The notes under the pieces were generated by a model. It was not told the DNA's origin, made no database searches, and was given only the letters and a program-made list of their open reading frames with translations. The position numbers and the translations under genes were made by a program. Below are positions 7,916-17,660 of a DNA stretch of 64,000 nucleotides, piece by piece (the stretch's first letter is position 1; each line of letters begins with the position of its first letter). The stretch covers positions 46-64,045 of the forward strand of contig JAHFIV010000001.1 in the NCBI GenBank assembly GCA_023246225.1, read 5' to 3'. Source of the stretch: a bacterium. GTDB taxonomy: Bacteria; Patescibacteriota; Patescibacteriia; SG8-24.

Positions 7916-8530
7916 TTAATGTTGCCCGCTGATAACCAACAAATTTTCACTAAAAATAAATAACTCATGCTTCGCACTCTCAATTATTTCGTCTGCACGG
8001 CTTGAATCTTTTTTATTCCTCATATCAAGCATCTTCTCGTGCAACGCAACCATCTTTGGCAACAGATCATCATAATACTGTTTCTGATATTTTTCACCAA
8101 AATATTCCTTGAGAAATAACGGGTTTAATAAGTTTGTTTCATTCCACTGAGAAACAGATGTCATGTACTCCCTCCAAGTTTGATCTAGAGTAGACCTGGT
8201 CTCTCCAGCAACAAAATTTAGATAATATTTTTCTGAAAAATACACTCTACGTTGACCGACTACCGTGAAAGCATTAATAAAATTATACCTATTTTTGGTC
8301 AAGGTACTCAGATTCGTATAACGTTGCTGAATTTCTTGTTGTTTACTTTCAACGTAATAATTACCGATAAAAAGAGTAATCGAAAGCAAAATTAAACTCG
8401 AAAAAAAATTGTATAAATTTTCTTTGGTTGGCAAATTCTTACTATTTCGATTAATCCACTCAGAAAGATTTAATGATTTTCTAATTCGACCATTAATCAT
8501 GAGTGTCCTAATAAAAATTAGGAATCTCAC
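7916..8530 (-). CDS. Hypothetical single-TM membrane protein
   Basis: ORF overlapping the upstream stop codon; one hydrophobic segment. Confidence 0.65.
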   Translation of the reverse strand: MRFLIFIRTLMINGRIRKSLNLSEWINRNSKNLPTKENLYNFFSSLILLSITLFIGNYYVESKQQEIQQRYTNLSTLTKNRYNFINAFTVVGQRRVYFSEKYYLNFVAGETRSTLDQTWREYMTSVSQWNETNLLNPLFLKEYFGEKYQKQYYDDLLPKMVALHEKMLDMRNKKDSSRADEIIESAKHELFIFSENLLVISGQH

Positions 8531-9537
8531 CTTAACTTGAAACTCGACTTGAATCCCTCGAGATCTGGCTTCGAAGAAGCTCCGTTCGAATATTCAACTG
8601 CCACGAAATATGCATCTCTACCATAAAAGAAAAAAGTTCCTTCAACAGTTTTTTGATTAGAATCAACTGCAAAATCAATGGCTTGATGACCTAAGAAAAA
8701 AGAAAAATTTGAGCTTATTAACTTTGAACCCTTAATCCCATTGACCATTCCATTGACCGAACCTTCAAGTCCCGATTTTACATTATAAGTAGGCGACTTC
8801 TCGTCTATGCCTGGATCATCAAAACTGTAATGCATCACATAATAAATTGAATCGCCTTTATCCGCTTCATAAGTTACATAATTAGTTCCCAACTCCCCCG
8901 GCATCCCCTCACGATGTTCTTGTCTTGTTGGAGCAGTTGGAAAGTCTGCCTCAAAGCCTGAATCTATAGAAGTGTAATGATATCCAAGTTCTTTTTGCGA
9001 TAAATCATTGACCTTATCTGAAGATATTTTTTGGTAATCATGGACCCCAACCATCATCCAGACGAAAACCGCTCCGAGCAAAATAACAAAAATTGCTGTT
9101 ACGATCGCGAAAGTTTTCCAATACTTTTTGTCAGCAACCTTCCTTATTTTCTTTAATTCTTCGTCTGTATGATGGACCGGAAGTTTTTCTGGTGGCGCAA
9201 TTTTTCCAAGAATAATCTTGAGTGGTCTTGTGAGCGCTGGATAAAACCAAAACCAACTAAATGGAGCAAAAAAGACCGACCAAAAAGCTTGCGCCTTGGT
9301 TACGAGTCGGGTCAACTTGATCACCCGCATGCACTCAGTAACAAAAAATACCAATAAACCGAGATACACAAGCGACAGAAGCCCATATATCCCATCGTTG
9401 ATTCGGCCGATCAAACTTTTAATAATTATCAACGAAACAAAAACCGATACAAATAAAAATTGTATATCAATAAGAAGTTTTTGTGCCTCTTTAGTACTCT
9501 TAATATCGGTTGCCGCGAGGTATTCTTCTTTGGTCAT
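8527..9537 (-). CDS. Membrane protein with C-terminal 'FEADFP' domain
   Basis: About four TM segments, then YHYTSIDSGFEADFPTAP...FKSSFKLR. Confidence 0.75.
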   Translation of the reverse strand: MTKEEYLAATDIKSTKEAQKLLIDIQFLFVSVFVSLIIIKSLIGRINDGIYGLLSLVYLGLLVFFVTECMRVIKLTRLVTKAQAFWSVFFAPFSWFWFYPALTRPLKIILGKIAPPEKLPVHHTDEELKKIRKVADKKYWKTFAIVTAIFVILLGAVFVWMMVGVHDYQKISSDKVNDLSQKELGYHYTSIDSGFEADFPTAPTRQEHREGMPGELGTNYVTYEADKGDSIYYVMHYSFDDPGIDEKSPTYNVKSGLEGSVNGMVNGIKGSKLISSNFSFFLGHQAIDFAVDSNQKTVEGTFFFYGRDAYFVAVEYSNGASSKPDLEGFKSSFKLR

Positions 9538-9563
9538 AATTATTTTTAATTTCTACTATGCCG

Positions 9564-11675
9564 CTAGTCGAGAATTCCTATCGGAATCTTTTCCAAATCA
9601 CTAGTTGTAATTCCCAGCCCAAGGGTGCGCATGAGATTGTATGCGTCTCCTGGCTTACCCATGAAATACCGCTTGCCGTTTGCTGGGTTCACATACCACG
9701 CGTCACCTGCATGTTCGACTTGTAATAATATTTTTCCACTCATTCTTTCAATTAATTTTTTGTCGCCAACTTTAAGATCATCATTAGCTGGTATTTTTGT
9801 AAGATCCTTGTCAGAAATACCTAGCGCGAAAGTTCTCATTAAACCAAACGCTGCCGACCCGTCTTTCATGTAATACCTTTTTCCATCATCCGGATTTACG
9901 TACCAAGCTTCACCATGAGATTCGACATCTAATAAGATTTTACCCCTAACATTCGCAGCTAGGCCTGGATCATAAATGGAAAAACCATAAAATGGCATTT
10001 GATTGTGGGATACGTACCATTGGAGCCCATACCAAACGTAATTATTCGAACCGAGAGGTTCAATGGCGCTCAATTCCTGTCTACTAATTTGGACAGTCAA
10101 GGCGTCGATGGCATGAAAAAGATTCGCGTCTGCATTTATCCAATTATCACCACCTTCTTGAATCGAACTAAAATTATACTCTTGCCCATTTCGAGGGTCG
10201 ATGTAGCAACCAAGGGCACAGCCCACATCTGTGGATTGACCCGCCGCCCCATCTTTAAAAACCGTTAAAAATTGACCCCACACGGTCCGAGGTTTTTTTA
10301 TGTAGTCCGAGTAAAAAATGCCAGTATTCGCGTTGAATCCATTCCATTCGCCATTAAAAAGACCTGACATGCGTTCAGCAAAATCACGCAACGACATCTT
10401 TTGGTCATAGACTAAATAACGAACCCCATCTTTCGGACTAAGCCACCAAATCGCGCCGCCCTGTTTAAGAAAAAGGCCGGAATATTTTTGCTTTATTTGT
10501 TGATTCGTTATTCTGTAGATGGATTTTTCTTTTTGATAAATTTGATTTAATCGTCCCAACTGCATAGGGGCAGGAGGTGCGACGATCGCATCGGAAATAT
10601 TCCCGACTGTATCCTGTAATTTAATAATGAAGTATTGCTTCGTCTGGTCAGTTAGTAAGAATTGTTCAGGAATAACCACTTTCGTAAGCCCCTCCTGAAC
10701 GACCAATTTTTTTCCGTCAACCGCCGGATCAGCTATTGGACTTGACCCAAAATAATAAAATATTCTCTTGACCGCACTATCCTCAACAATTTTAGTTAAC
10801 GGTATAGTATATCGAATACGACTTTGTTTCGAAGCGTCATCATTAATAACCTGATAATCGATGTCGAACCATTTTAAAAATGGTGGACTTGTGTCCGACT
10901 GTAATGCTCTCTGAGGTTTTTCAACTACTACAGGTTGCTGCGGAATTGTCTGTGAATAATTTTGTCCTAGTATTCCCAATAACCATTGCTTGATGCTGTT
11001 TACAGACAAAAGGTATCCAAGCGAATTTAATGTGCCAGCAATCACCATCGAAGGGATGCCCACGAATTCGCCTTTTGAGTTGTACGCGGCACCGCCGGAA
11101 TTTCCATGTTCAATCGCGGCAGTTGTTTTTAAATAGTTTTTTGTCCCATCGCTACTACTGCCAAATCCACTAAAATCTCCGGAAGAATAAGTGATCGTAT
11201 TTCCGCCGATCCCCGGGAAGCCAACGACTTCTATTTTTTCACCAAATTGTAGGGAGGCGGAATTGCTGTTCCAAATATTTATGCTAGGAAAAACTCTATT
11301 ATCCGTATTTTTGATATAAAGAATCGCGGCATCAAGCCCTTTTTCGTTGGTGAAATATTTTGTCTCGGCAACATTTCGACTTACTTCAGTACCAAAATTT
11401 GGCTCCTCTTCTGGACTAGAAGTAAATCCAATAAAACAAGCCCGAAGAGTTCCGCCATGCTCATCGGTTACGACGTGCTTATTTGTCAAAATGACTCCCT
11501 TGGAGTCAATAATTGTTCCTGTTCCGCTAAACCAATTGCCGTAGTTGTCGGGACAAACGATCTTAACAGCGGCACTAAGCTGACTCTTGGTAACAGCCCA
11601 TGCCGGAAAAACAAAAAATAAAAGTCCCAGCAGACTAAGTAAAGATGTGCTGATTAATAAAGATGGTTTTCTCAT
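9564..11675 (-). CDS. Secreted trypsin-like serine protease with C-terminal GKILL(D/Q)VExxG(E/D)AWYVNP repeats
   Basis: Signal peptide; catalytic motifs LTNKHV, DAAIL and HGNSGG; two clear C-terminal repeats typical of CPR surface proteins. Confidence 0.85.
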   Translation of the reverse strand: MRKPSLLISTSLLSLLGLLFFVFPAWAVTKSQLSAAVKIVCPDNYGNWFSGTGTIIDSKGVILTNKHVVTDEHGGTLRACFIGFTSSPEEEPNFGTEVSRNVAETKYFTNEKGLDAAILYIKNTDNRVFPSINIWNSNSASLQFGEKIEVVGFPGIGGNTITYSSGDFSGFGSSSDGTKNYLKTTAAIEHGNSGGAAYNSKGEFVGIPSMVIAGTLNSLGYLLSVNSIKQWLLGILGQNYSQTIPQQPVVVEKPQRALQSDTSPPFLKWFDIDYQVINDDASKQSRIRYTIPLTKIVEDSAVKRIFYYFGSSPIADPAVDGKKLVVQEGLTKVVIPEQFLLTDQTKQYFIIKLQDTVGNISDAIVAPPAPMQLGRLNQIYQKEKSIYRITNQQIKQKYSGLFLKQGGAIWWLSPKDGVRYLVYDQKMSLRDFAERMSGLFNGEWNGFNANTGIFYSDYIKKPRTVWGQFLTVFKDGAAGQSTDVGCALGCYIDPRNGQEYNFSSIQEGGDNWINADANLFHAIDALTVQISRQELSAIEPLGSNNYVWYGLQWYVSHNQMPFYGFSIYDPGLAANVRGKILLDVESHGEAWYVNPDDGKRYYMKDGSAAFGLMRTFALGISDKDLTKIPANDDLKVGDKKLIERMSGKILLQVEHAGDAWYVNPANGKRYFMGKPGDAYNLMRTLGLGITTSDLEKIPIGILD

Positions 11676-11740
11676 AAAAAATCCGTGTTGTTGTTTGGAA
11701 AAAGTAAAAACGGGCCACACATCTCACGTCCGTCTTTTGA

Positions 11741-11890
11741 TAAAAATAAAAAGCGACACCCGGTGGTGTCTAGACCCAAGCCAAGCACGGATAGTGCGAG
11801 GTTTGTTTACCGGATGCCGCTTATTGCGCGCTATCCGGAAATAGGCAAAAATTGCCCTGTTTAGCTTGGTTCTAGACGAAGGAAGTATAC
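11741..11890 (-). promoter_or_regulatory. Structured 5' leader with crossing stems (attenuator-like) and TATACT -10 box
   Basis: Stem A 11861-11877 / 11768-11784; stem B 11809-11821 / 11752-11764 followed by a U-tract. Confidence 0.65.
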
Positions 11891-12000
11891 CGTTAAGTGT
11901 TTAAAAAGGAAAAAACGCCATTTTTTACGAGTACGCGCCACGATGACTTGAAACGTTTTATTTTTTAGGCTAAATTTCTCTATGCAAGAAATGCTCAACT

Positions 12001-12882
12001 ATGACTAACGTTGATGAAGTTCGGACATCAAAAAGGATCCTCAAAATCCTTGCCGAATACGCCGATGGCTCGTCCAGGGTAAAAAATCTGACCGAAGAAC
12101 CTTTCAAATTGACCGCGATACCACCAGACTCCAAGACAACAATTCAAACACACTATTTTTTACCATCCAATGAATTTGATGGTCTAGAATTTTCCGTTAT
12201 TCAACAACGGCTAGGCCTCTCATTTAATGCCCTAAAGGAGGAACTTCTAAATTTTCTCAAGCTTGGTTTCGTACACATTTTTAGAAAAAGTTCGCGTAAT
12301 GATTTTTTAAACAGAATTTTTTCTCAAACGACCACACCGTCTTCTCGGACACTTACTTTAACAAATTGGAATTCGCCACAAAATTATCTCGTTTCAATAA
12401 CCGACGAGGGACGAAAAAATCTCAAAACTATACTTCGTCAACCGAATAAGCAAATACAGACCGAGAAGATAAAAAATGAGGTAACAAAAAAATATGACGT
12501 TGAAGAAGTCTATCGTATTAAGTTTAAGGATTTTAAAAATGTGGAAAAACAATCTTTTTTCCAATACGGTGAAAAAATTGCTCCTCTTCCTAGATACACA
12601 ATCCGAGCCAGAAGCCGTAGCATTCAACGATTGGTTGCGAAATTTCTGTATACGGGAACAAACTTAAAAAAGATTTCCTGTGAATGGGACGAGATCGAAG
12701 AATTTCTAACCGAAAACGGTATAGGACCGGTGGGTGGCGCAAAATCTGAAGGGTGGGGAGAGCACAAAAAAATACAAAAAATGATTCGAGATGCAATCAG
12801 GGCAATAAACAAAAAAACTAAAGAATGTTTTGGATTTAAAATCCTAAAACACTCTCGTGGTTTGATTATCAAATCAAAATAA
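12001..12882 (+). CDS. Hypothetical protein, possible DNA-binding regulator of the integrated element
   Basis: 293-aa basic ORF divergent from the cargo genes and followed by operator-like repeats. Confidence 0.6.
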   Translation: MTNVDEVRTSKRILKILAEYADGSSRVKNLTEEPFKLTAIPPDSKTTIQTHYFLPSNEFDGLEFSVIQQRLGLSFNALKEELLNFLKLGFVHIFRKSSRNDFLNRIFSQTTTPSSRTLTLTNWNSPQNYLVSITDEGRKNLKTILRQPNKQIQTEKIKNEVTKKYDVEEVYRIKFKDFKNVEKQSFFQYGEKIAPLPRYTIRARSRSIQRLVAKFLYTGTNLKKISCEWDEIEEFLTENGIGPVGGAKSEGWGEHKKIQKMIRDAIRAINKKTKECFGFKILKHSRGLIIKSK

Positions 12883-12895
12883 TTATTTCCTAAAA

Positions 12896-12934
12896 GTGAG
12901 TCACATTTCAAAAAGGTGAGTCACGCTCAGTCAC
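12896..12934. promoter_or_regulatory. Three GTGAGTCAC-like quasi-palindromic boxes
   Basis: GTGAGTCAC at 12896 and 12916, CTCAGTCAC at 12926. Confidence 0.55.
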
Positions 12935-13139
12935 ATCCCCAAAGAGTAGTCTGCATTACGCAGGCTACTTTTTTATTTACCCCGCCGAATCTAAAAAGCT
13001 CATCTAACAATATGTCCCCACAAAAATCTTCCCCAAACGCAACAGGACCGCCCGTTAAGGCGATCCTGTACGAAACGCAAGACTCTCTAAAAGCCACGTT
13101 TATAATTTTATTTTAACCTTATTACTTAACTAAAGCAAT

Positions 13140-13514
13140 ATGATCGTAAGCGCCCCAACATACAGCATTTGTCCTACCGGTCGATACAACCTATGTATTA
13201 TTGGCAACCCTGAAGAAATAAAAAATCCATTCGATCCAAACAAAAAACTTATTGAGATTCAATTCGAGGCTAAGTCTGTCGATGGGCAAAAATTCACCGT
13301 GTCTCTCCGGTGCAGTCCAGTGCTGCATCCGAAAGGGCATCTATTGCCTTTGGTGGAGGCTATTCTTGGTCGTCAGCTCACCATTCAAGAGCAGCTTCGT
13401 TTCGATCTCGACTCCATCAATGGCTGTGTTGTGAGTGGAGAGGTCACCCACCAGGCCTCGACTCGAGGAAACGTGTATCCCAAAGTAGGTAATTTCAAAA
13501 AAGCTGCTAGCTAA
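13140..13514 (+). CDS. Phage-type single-stranded-DNA-binding-like (OB-fold) protein
   Basis: Pattern PTGRY...LHPKGHL..LVEAILGR...FDLDSING...V.H...YPKV; directly upstream of the primase. Confidence 0.55.
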   Translation: MIVSAPTYSICPTGRYNLCIIGNPEEIKNPFDPNKKLIEIQFEAKSVDGQKFTVSLRCSPVLHPKGHLLPLVEAILGRQLTIQEQLRFDLDSINGCVVSGEVTHQASTRGNVYPKVGNFKKAAS

Positions 13515-13522
13515 TCGTTCAT

Positions 13523-15820
13523 ATGACGGACAGTACAATACTAGCCGCAGCTCTCGAATACCGAAAAATGGGCTGGAGTGTAATCCCTGTTCGACTTTCT
13601 TTTGAGGAAGGAAGAACAGACAAGGCGCAGAAAAAACCTCTTATTGATTGGAAAGACCACCAAACACGCATCGCGAGCGAAGATGAGTTAAAAACCTGGT
13701 GGAAAAAATGGCCCGAAGCACAGATTGGTGTGGTGACAGGAAAAATTTCTGGACTCGTTGTTCTTGACGTTGACCCAGGTGCAACCATTGAAAAGATCAA
13801 TGAATTACGGATCCCTCCCACTCCGACCGTGAAAACACCGAGAGGCTTTCACTATTACCTGAAATACCCTGGAAGCCCGATGAAAAATGCGACTGATCTT
13901 TTTGGCAGAAATTCTCATATTGACCTTCGTGCTGATGGTGGGTTCGCAGTCATTCCGCCTTCTGTATATCCAGATGGAAGAACGTATGAGTGGGCTATTC
14001 ATCCTGACGCGGAGGATCTTGCCGCGGTGCCTGCCATCTTGCTTCTGAGTCAGGCGAGCGATAAAAATGGAACATTAAAATCCATCGCGAACGGTGTCAC
14101 TGAGGGTTCGCGTAATGATTCGGCAGCGAAATTCATTGGAGCGGTGATTTCACGCGCTCCTCAAGCTGAGTGGAAAAATGTTGGCTGGCAGGAGGCTGTT
14201 CGGTGGAATATGACTAATTCTCCACCACTCCCTAAAGAGGAGTTAGAACAGGTTTTTAGCAGTATCACCGCGCGAGAGGCCGCAAGGATTAAGTTTCCTG
14301 TAGAGGAAACTGAAGAAAATGTTCCATCGAAAGCAAGAAATTCTGAATCAGGAGCGGACAATCTCCTTGGAATCGCCAAAAGGAAAGGTGTTGACCTTTT
14401 CCATAATGAAACAGGAGAACCGTACGCTCGTATCCCTATCCACGACCATTTCGAGATCTGGCCTTGTAAGCACAGTCAGATGCAACGGTGGCTGTCATAT
14501 CTGTTTTATGAAAACACTGGATCCGCACCAAAAACAGATGTATTAACGCAAACCGTCAACATGCTGGAATCCATGGCCTCTTATGATGGAGAAAGGCGCA
14601 AGCTTCATAACCGTGTGGCTTGGTATGAAGGATCCTTTTGGTATGACCTTACGGATGCGGACTGGCGCGTGGTGAGAATAGATGGAAATGGCTGGGAGAT
14701 CGTTGCGGCACCTCCTATATTGTTTCAGCGATACGCGCATCAGCAACCACAGGTCGAGCCACAATCAGGCATGGACACAAAGAAAATTCTGGAGTTCGTA
14801 AACATTACGAATGAAGCTGATCAAATTCTGTTTCTGGTTTTCTTGATCTCCTGTTTCATTTCAGGATTTCCACATCCCATCCTCGTTCCCAATGGACAGC
14901 GCGGGTCGGCAAAGAGCACACTATTCCGACTCATCAGAAAAATTGTTGATCCGTCTATTCCTGAACTTCTGTCGCTTCCAAAAAGACCTGAGGAGCTCGT
15001 ACAACTTCTCTCACATCACTGGTTAGCGCCCTTCGATAATGTGACTGCGATCAATGATGCAACTTCCGACGCTCTTTGTCGCGCGATCACCGGTGATGGG
15101 TTCAGTAAGCGTCGCTTATATTCTGACGATGAGGACGTGATCTATGAATTCCTTCGCTGCCTCGGTCTCAATGCGATCAACAACATGGTCACAAAGCCAG
15201 ACCTTCTCGAGCGCTCGCTTCTCATTAATCTTGAAAGAATTCCAAATGAAAACCGCAGGGAAGAAAAGGTTTTTTGGGATGACTTTGCAAAAGCGAGACC
15301 GATGATCTTGGGTGGTATCTTCGACCTCCTAAGCCGCACCATACCCTTACATGAGTCCTTGGTGCTCAACGAGCTTCCCAGGATGGCTGACTTCACCCGC
15401 TGGGGCTGTGCTATCAGTGAGGCTTTGGGGTACGGCAAGGAGAAATTTCTTGATGCCTACAAACTGAACATCGCTGCACAAACGGAAGAAGCGATCAGGG
15501 AAAACCCAGTGGCAGACGCGCTCGTTCTCTTCATGGAAACACAGAAAGTTGTATGGAACGGTACCGCAAGTGTTTTGTTGGAAAAATTAAAAGAGGTTGC
15601 CGCAGGACAAGGGACAGACATGGATGACCGAGGTTGGCCGAAGGGAGCGAATGTTCTCTCCAAAAAACTGAAAGAACTAAAAACAACGCTCGTGGAAAAG
15701 GGCATACATATGTTCCAAGCAGGAAGAGAAATCACTCTCTATAAAAGTGATCTAAAAATGGACACGGGCGCGAGCGAGAAATCAGAGCCGGAATTCCCCA
15801 CCGAGACCTTTTTCAGGTGA
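13523..15820 (+). CDS. Bifunctional primase/polymerase-PriCT-helicase-like replication protein
   Basis: Prim-Pol motifs VVLDVD, GFHYY and IDLRADGGFAVIPPS; PriCT GSRND...PPLPKEE; P-loop GQRGSAKST. Confidence 0.88.
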   Translation: MTDSTILAAALEYRKMGWSVIPVRLSFEEGRTDKAQKKPLIDWKDHQTRIASEDELKTWWKKWPEAQIGVVTGKISGLVVLDVDPGATIEKINELRIPPTPTVKTPRGFHYYLKYPGSPMKNATDLFGRNSHIDLRADGGFAVIPPSVYPDGRTYEWAIHPDAEDLAAVPAILLLSQASDKNGTLKSIANGVTEGSRNDSAAKFIGAVISRAPQAEWKNVGWQEAVRWNMTNSPPLPKEELEQVFSSITAREAARIKFPVEETEENVPSKARNSESGADNLLGIAKRKGVDLFHNETGEPYARIPIHDHFEIWPCKHSQMQRWLSYLFYENTGSAPKTDVLTQTVNMLESMASYDGERRKLHNRVAWYEGSFWYDLTDADWRVVRIDGNGWEIVAAPPILFQRYAHQQPQVEPQSGMDTKKILEFVNITNEADQILFLVFLISCFISGFPHPILVPNGQRGSAKSTLFRLIRKIVDPSIPELLSLPKRPEELVQLLSHHWLAPFDNVTAINDATSDALCRAITGDGFSKRRLYSDDEDVIYEFLRCLGLNAINNMVTKPDLLERSLLINLERIPNENRREEKVFWDDFAKARPMILGGIFDLLSRTIPLHESLVLNELPRMADFTRWGCAISEALGYGKEKFLDAYKLNIAAQTEEAIRENPVADALVLFMETQKVVWNGTASVLLEKLKEVAAGQGTDMDDRGWPKGANVLSKKLKELKTTLVEKGIHMFQAGREITLYKSDLKMDTGASEKSEPEFPTETFFR

Positions 15821-15830
15821 AAAAATCTAA

Positions 15831-15950
15831 AAACGATAGAACGATAGAAACGATCTTTTTATAGCCTTTGAAGATTAAAAGAGGGTTAAGAAGAGGGTAG
15901 TAGAGAGGTATAGAGATAGAAAAATCATCGTTTTGATCGTCCTATCGTCA
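15831..15950. repeat. Putative replication origin (inverted iteron arrays)
   Basis: 3x ACGAT (15833, 15841, 15850) facing 3x ATCGT (15927, 15936, 15944) across a purine-rich spacer. Confidence 0.55.
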
Positions 15951-16256
15951 TGGAAAGGTTCTTCCGACTGAAAACTTGATTCAAATCAACCTCCTAAAGT
16001 TGAGTAAGAACTCATTCCAAGGCGAACCTCAGCCAAATAACAAAGATTACAAGATTCATATCTTAGTTTAATAGGTTTAAAACCTATGATTAGGACAACG
16101 CACCGTGCGCGACTAGACAAAAGACTAATTAATTGATTTTTAATCAATTTTAAACCATCAAAATAATCTGTTAAAGTAAGCAACGTTGACCAGAAGCGGT
16201 CAGATGACACCACTTGTTATCACCGCTCTCCAGCCGTTGCACTTTAACAACTTAAT

Positions 16257-16499
16257 ATGACCACCGATTCCACAAAAAATAACGATACGAGTATCCATGA
16301 GTATCTCAATGTGAAAGAGTTTGCTGCCGCTTTAAGACTTTCTGTAACCAGTTGTTACCGTCTTGTGCAACAAAGGCTCATTCCTTTCCATCGCTTACGA
16401 GGAGGACTCAGATTTCATCAAAAGGATGTCGATGCTTACTTCAAAGCATGCCGCGTGGAGTCGGTGACGAGGAAAGATTATGAGTGCAAGAAGGAATAA
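16257..16499 (+). CDS. xis: Excisionase-like HTH protein
   Basis: YLNVKEFAAALRLSVTSCYRLVQQRLIPFHRLRGGLRF; overlaps the integrase start. Confidence 0.85.
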   Translation: MTTDSTKNNDTSIHEYLNVKEFAAALRLSVTSCYRLVQQRLIPFHRLRGGLRFHQKDVDAYFKACRVESVTRKDYECKKE

Positions 16500-17595
16500 G
16501 AATAGAAATTCTTGGTCGGTCGATTTCCAAATCGATGGAATTCGTTACCGTCAACGAAGCCCTGAGAATACCGGGGCCGGTGCTAAGGCATACGAAGCCG
16601 TATTGCGACAAAGATTGGCGCGGGGTGAATCGATTCATGCGAAACCAGCACCAGTTGCTCAGGAGGTGAAGACCTTCGAAGTCTTTTGTAAGGAGTGGTT
16701 CAATACGTACGTGCTCACGAACAGCTCACCAAAAGAACGAGTGCGCAAAGAGTCTGCCCTGCGGGTGCACATCATTCCATTCTTTGGGGCTCGAAAACTC
16801 ACAATGATCACTAATCGCGCCATAGAAGAGTTCAAGGCTTCCCTCCAAAAGCAGGGTCTCGCACCGAACAGTGTAAATAACACCCTAAATGTTCTTACGC
16901 GATGTCTGCGGTCAGCAGTTGAATGGGGTGAGCTTGGTGTGCTGCCAAACGTCAAAAGAATGAAGGTCCCTCCTACTAAATTTGATTTTCTCTCCCCCGA
17001 AGAGACCGATCGACTCTTTGCTGCAACAAAAAAAGATATGCCTTGGCATCTCATGCTCATGATCGCCGCAAGAACAGGTATGAGATTCGGAGAAATTATT
17101 GTACTGGAGTGGGGAGATGTTGATTTTGAGCGGCGAACAATCACCATTCAACGCTCTCTTAGTAATCGAGTAATCACTGCACCAAAGAACAACAAAAAAA
17201 GATTTGTACCTATCGCTCCAGACCTCTTTCCCGTCTTGTGGGAGTATCGGCAACAGAGTGGGTTGGTACTCCCTGGACCACAGGGCGACTACTTAACTCA
17301 TTCAATGGGGAGAACGGCGCTCGAGAAGTATCGACGGAATGCGGCGATAAGAAAGATCGGGTGGCACACGCTTCGCCATTCCTTCGCGTCACAATTAGTC
17401 TCCAGAGGAGTTTCATTGCGGATTGTCCAGGAACTTCTTGGACATTCAGATATGCGGGTTACACTTCGTTATGCGCACCTCGCACCCTCTAGCCTGAGAC
17501 AAGCGATCAATCTCCTGACGTTGCCCGAGGTAGAAGAAGAAATGTCTACCGGCTGTCAACGCAACATCCTTGAAGACAAAAAATCATTACAATAG
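16480..17595 (+). CDS. int: Tyrosine recombinase / phage-type integrase
   Basis: TGMRFGE, HTLRHSFASQL and LLGHSDMRVTLRYAH catalytic motifs; N-terminal arm-binding-like region. Confidence 0.95.
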   Translation: MSARRNKNRNSWSVDFQIDGIRYRQRSPENTGAGAKAYEAVLRQRLARGESIHAKPAPVAQEVKTFEVFCKEWFNTYVLTNSSPKERVRKESALRVHIIPFFGARKLTMITNRAIEEFKASLQKQGLAPNSVNNTLNVLTRCLRSAVEWGELGVLPNVKRMKVPPTKFDFLSPEETDRLFAATKKDMPWHLMLMIAARTGMRFGEIIVLEWGDVDFERRTITIQRSLSNRVITAPKNNKKRFVPIAPDLFPVLWEYRQQSGLVLPGPQGDYLTHSMGRTALEKYRRNAAIRKIGWHTLRHSFASQLVSRGVSLRIVQELLGHSDMRVTLRYAHLAPSSLRQAINLLTLPEVEEEMSTGCQRNILEDKKSLQ

Positions 17596-17618
17596 CACCT
17601 CCTCTCACCGCCAGTTTC

Positions 17619-17647
17619 TTGCAAAAATAAGGCTAAAAATGTAGTAT
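17619..17647 (+). promoter_or_regulatory. Promoter for tRNA-Ser
   Basis: TTGCAA-17 bp-TAGTAT. Confidence 0.6.
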
Positions 17648-17660
17648 GGCGATACAACGT

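Larger units (their letters stand above)
1695..17660. mobile_element. Composite genomic island (integrative replicon plus cargo) adjacent to tRNA-Ser; left boundary uncertain
   Basis: int/xis/primase module, AT-richer orphan cargo, tRNA at the right end; no att duplication confirmed. Confidence 0.6.
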
